A program made the position numbers and the translations under genes. Below the pieces are notes generated by a model. It saw only the letters and a list, made by a program, of their open reading frames with translations, did no database searches and was not told where the DNA came from. Shown here one piece after another: positions 62,517 to 64,000 of a stretch of 64,000 bases of DNA. The number at the start of each line of letters is the position of its first letter. The stretch's first letter is position 1. Origin of the DNA: Chiloscyllium plagiosum (lineage: Eukaryota); contig NC_057718.1 of assembly GCF_004010195.1 (NCBI RefSeq), positions 93,039,569 through 93,103,568 of the forward strand, read 5' to 3'.

Positions 62517-63164
62517 AGCTCTGGAAATATAACAATGTCATTGCTTGGTCGAATCAAGGTGAGCAAATGTAGATTAATTCGGGAAAGATAAAACGGATTT
62601 GTTAAGGACAAATTGCCATTTACTAAATTGGTTGAGATTTTTTCATGAAGCAATTAAGCGAGGGTTGATAATGGTAATGCTATTGATGTGGTGTTCATGG
62701 GCCTCCAAATGTCATTTAATAAGGTATAATGGTGGTGAATGAGAAAAGAGATGTAAAATGGGTGTATATTATGATGTGAAGGGGAGAGAATGTGTCCTAT
62801 TTCAGTTCCAAAGAAGAATCGAAATGCTGGACTCAAAATTTTGAGCTTTTCCTGCACCCTTTGTGTCTGTTTCTGATTTCCATCATCCGAGGTATTTGCT
62901 TTTATTGGCAGAATGTGAAAGTTATATAAAGGAAGAAAGCGAGATGGAGAGGGGGAGAGGCATTGCGACGGTACTCCAGAGCTCAGAGCCTATCCAACTG
63001 CAGGCACACTCGTCAATGGTGGTGTGGTTAAAATTGAGAATGCTCACGTGATCTATATCAGTTGAGTGCAGATATCTCAGATGGTTGTTGGGTTGGAGAG
63101 AATTCCAGAGGTGGGGAGGGAATGGATAGATGGGGGATTTGTAAACAAGGAATGAGGATCGTAA

Positions 63165-64000
63165 AAGATGTTGTCTACGTGGACTTTAGCAAAGCCTTTG
63201 ACAAACTTGGTAGACTGGTTACTAAAGTTAGGTCACGTGGGATTCAGGGGGAGCTTGCCAATTGGATTCAAAATATTGGATACACAAGAGGATGGTGGTG
63301 GAGGGTTGTTTTTTGGACTGGAGGCCTATGAGCAGCAGTGTTCCATAGGGATTGGTACTGGGGTTGCTGCTTTTTGCCATATACATAAGGATTTGGATGA
63401 GGATTTAGCAAGGATGGTTAGTAAGTTTGCACATGACATGACATCAAAATTGGTGTCATAGTGGGCAGTGAAGAAGATTATCTAAGGTTACAAAGAGATC
63501 TCGATCAATTGAGCCAATGGGCTGACAAGTAGCAGATGCAGTTTAATTTTGATAAATACGAGGTGTTGCATTTTGGTAAAACAAACAAGGACAGGACTTA
63601 CACAATTCTTCAGAACTATTCTGAGGAATGGTCACTTAACCCAAAATGTTAACTCTGATTTCTCTCCAGAGATGTTGCCAGACCTGCTGCACTTTTCCAG
63701 CAATTTCTGTTTTAGCTTCTGATATACAGCATCCGCAGTGCTTTCAGGTTTTTTTTGTTAATGGTAGGACCCTGGGTACTGTTGTTAACAGAAATCTAGG
63801 GATTCAGGTACATAGTTCTCTGAATGTTGCATCCCAGGTAGCTAGGTCGTTAAGAAAGCTTGCTTCATTACTCAGAGCATTGAGTTTAGGAGTTGGGATG
63901 TCATGTTGTGGTTGTACAAGATGTTGGTGAGGGTCCCTATGGAGTACTGTGTGCAGTTCTGGTTGTCCTGCTATGGAAAGAATTGGAGAGGGTTCAGGAA
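63165..64000 (+). mobile_element. CR1 RT fragment running off the window, with a Penelope-end insertion at ~63610-63755
   Basis: DVVYVDFSKAFDK, GIQGELANWIQN, VSKFAHD, EYCVQFW; insert CTGAGGAATGGTCACTTAACCCAAAA. Confidence 0.88.

Overview
Repeat-dense vertebrate genomic DNA, almost certainly from a cartilaginous fish. HE1-type SINEs sharing 3' tails with CR1/HER1-type LINEs are a shark/ray signature; bamboo shark is a guess. There is one assembly gap (12334-13276). No intact host gene is recognisable: nearly all ORFs in the track are fragments of decayed retroelements or chance frames. Content: about 25 CR1/L2-group LINE fragments (often nested), a Rex1/Babar LINE, about 11 HE1 SINEs and three other SINE types, at least three Penelope-like (RT + GIY-YIG) families, Harbinger and Gypsy fossils, a Tc1/mariner-like MITE, a tRNA-Ser(AGA) pseudogene and satellites. 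The most notable system is a swarm of short, often fold-back, TSD-flanked Penelope 3'-end insertions carrying minimal hammerhead-ribozyme cores (CUGANGA-stem II-GAAA-NN-UH). Ribozymes in Penelope elements are known, but the short palindromic forms and their microhomology junctions merit study. A few low-confidence candidate (micro)exons hint that the window may lie in a large intron. All family names come from manual motif recognition, not database searches, and repeat boundaries are approximate unless a TSD is quoted.
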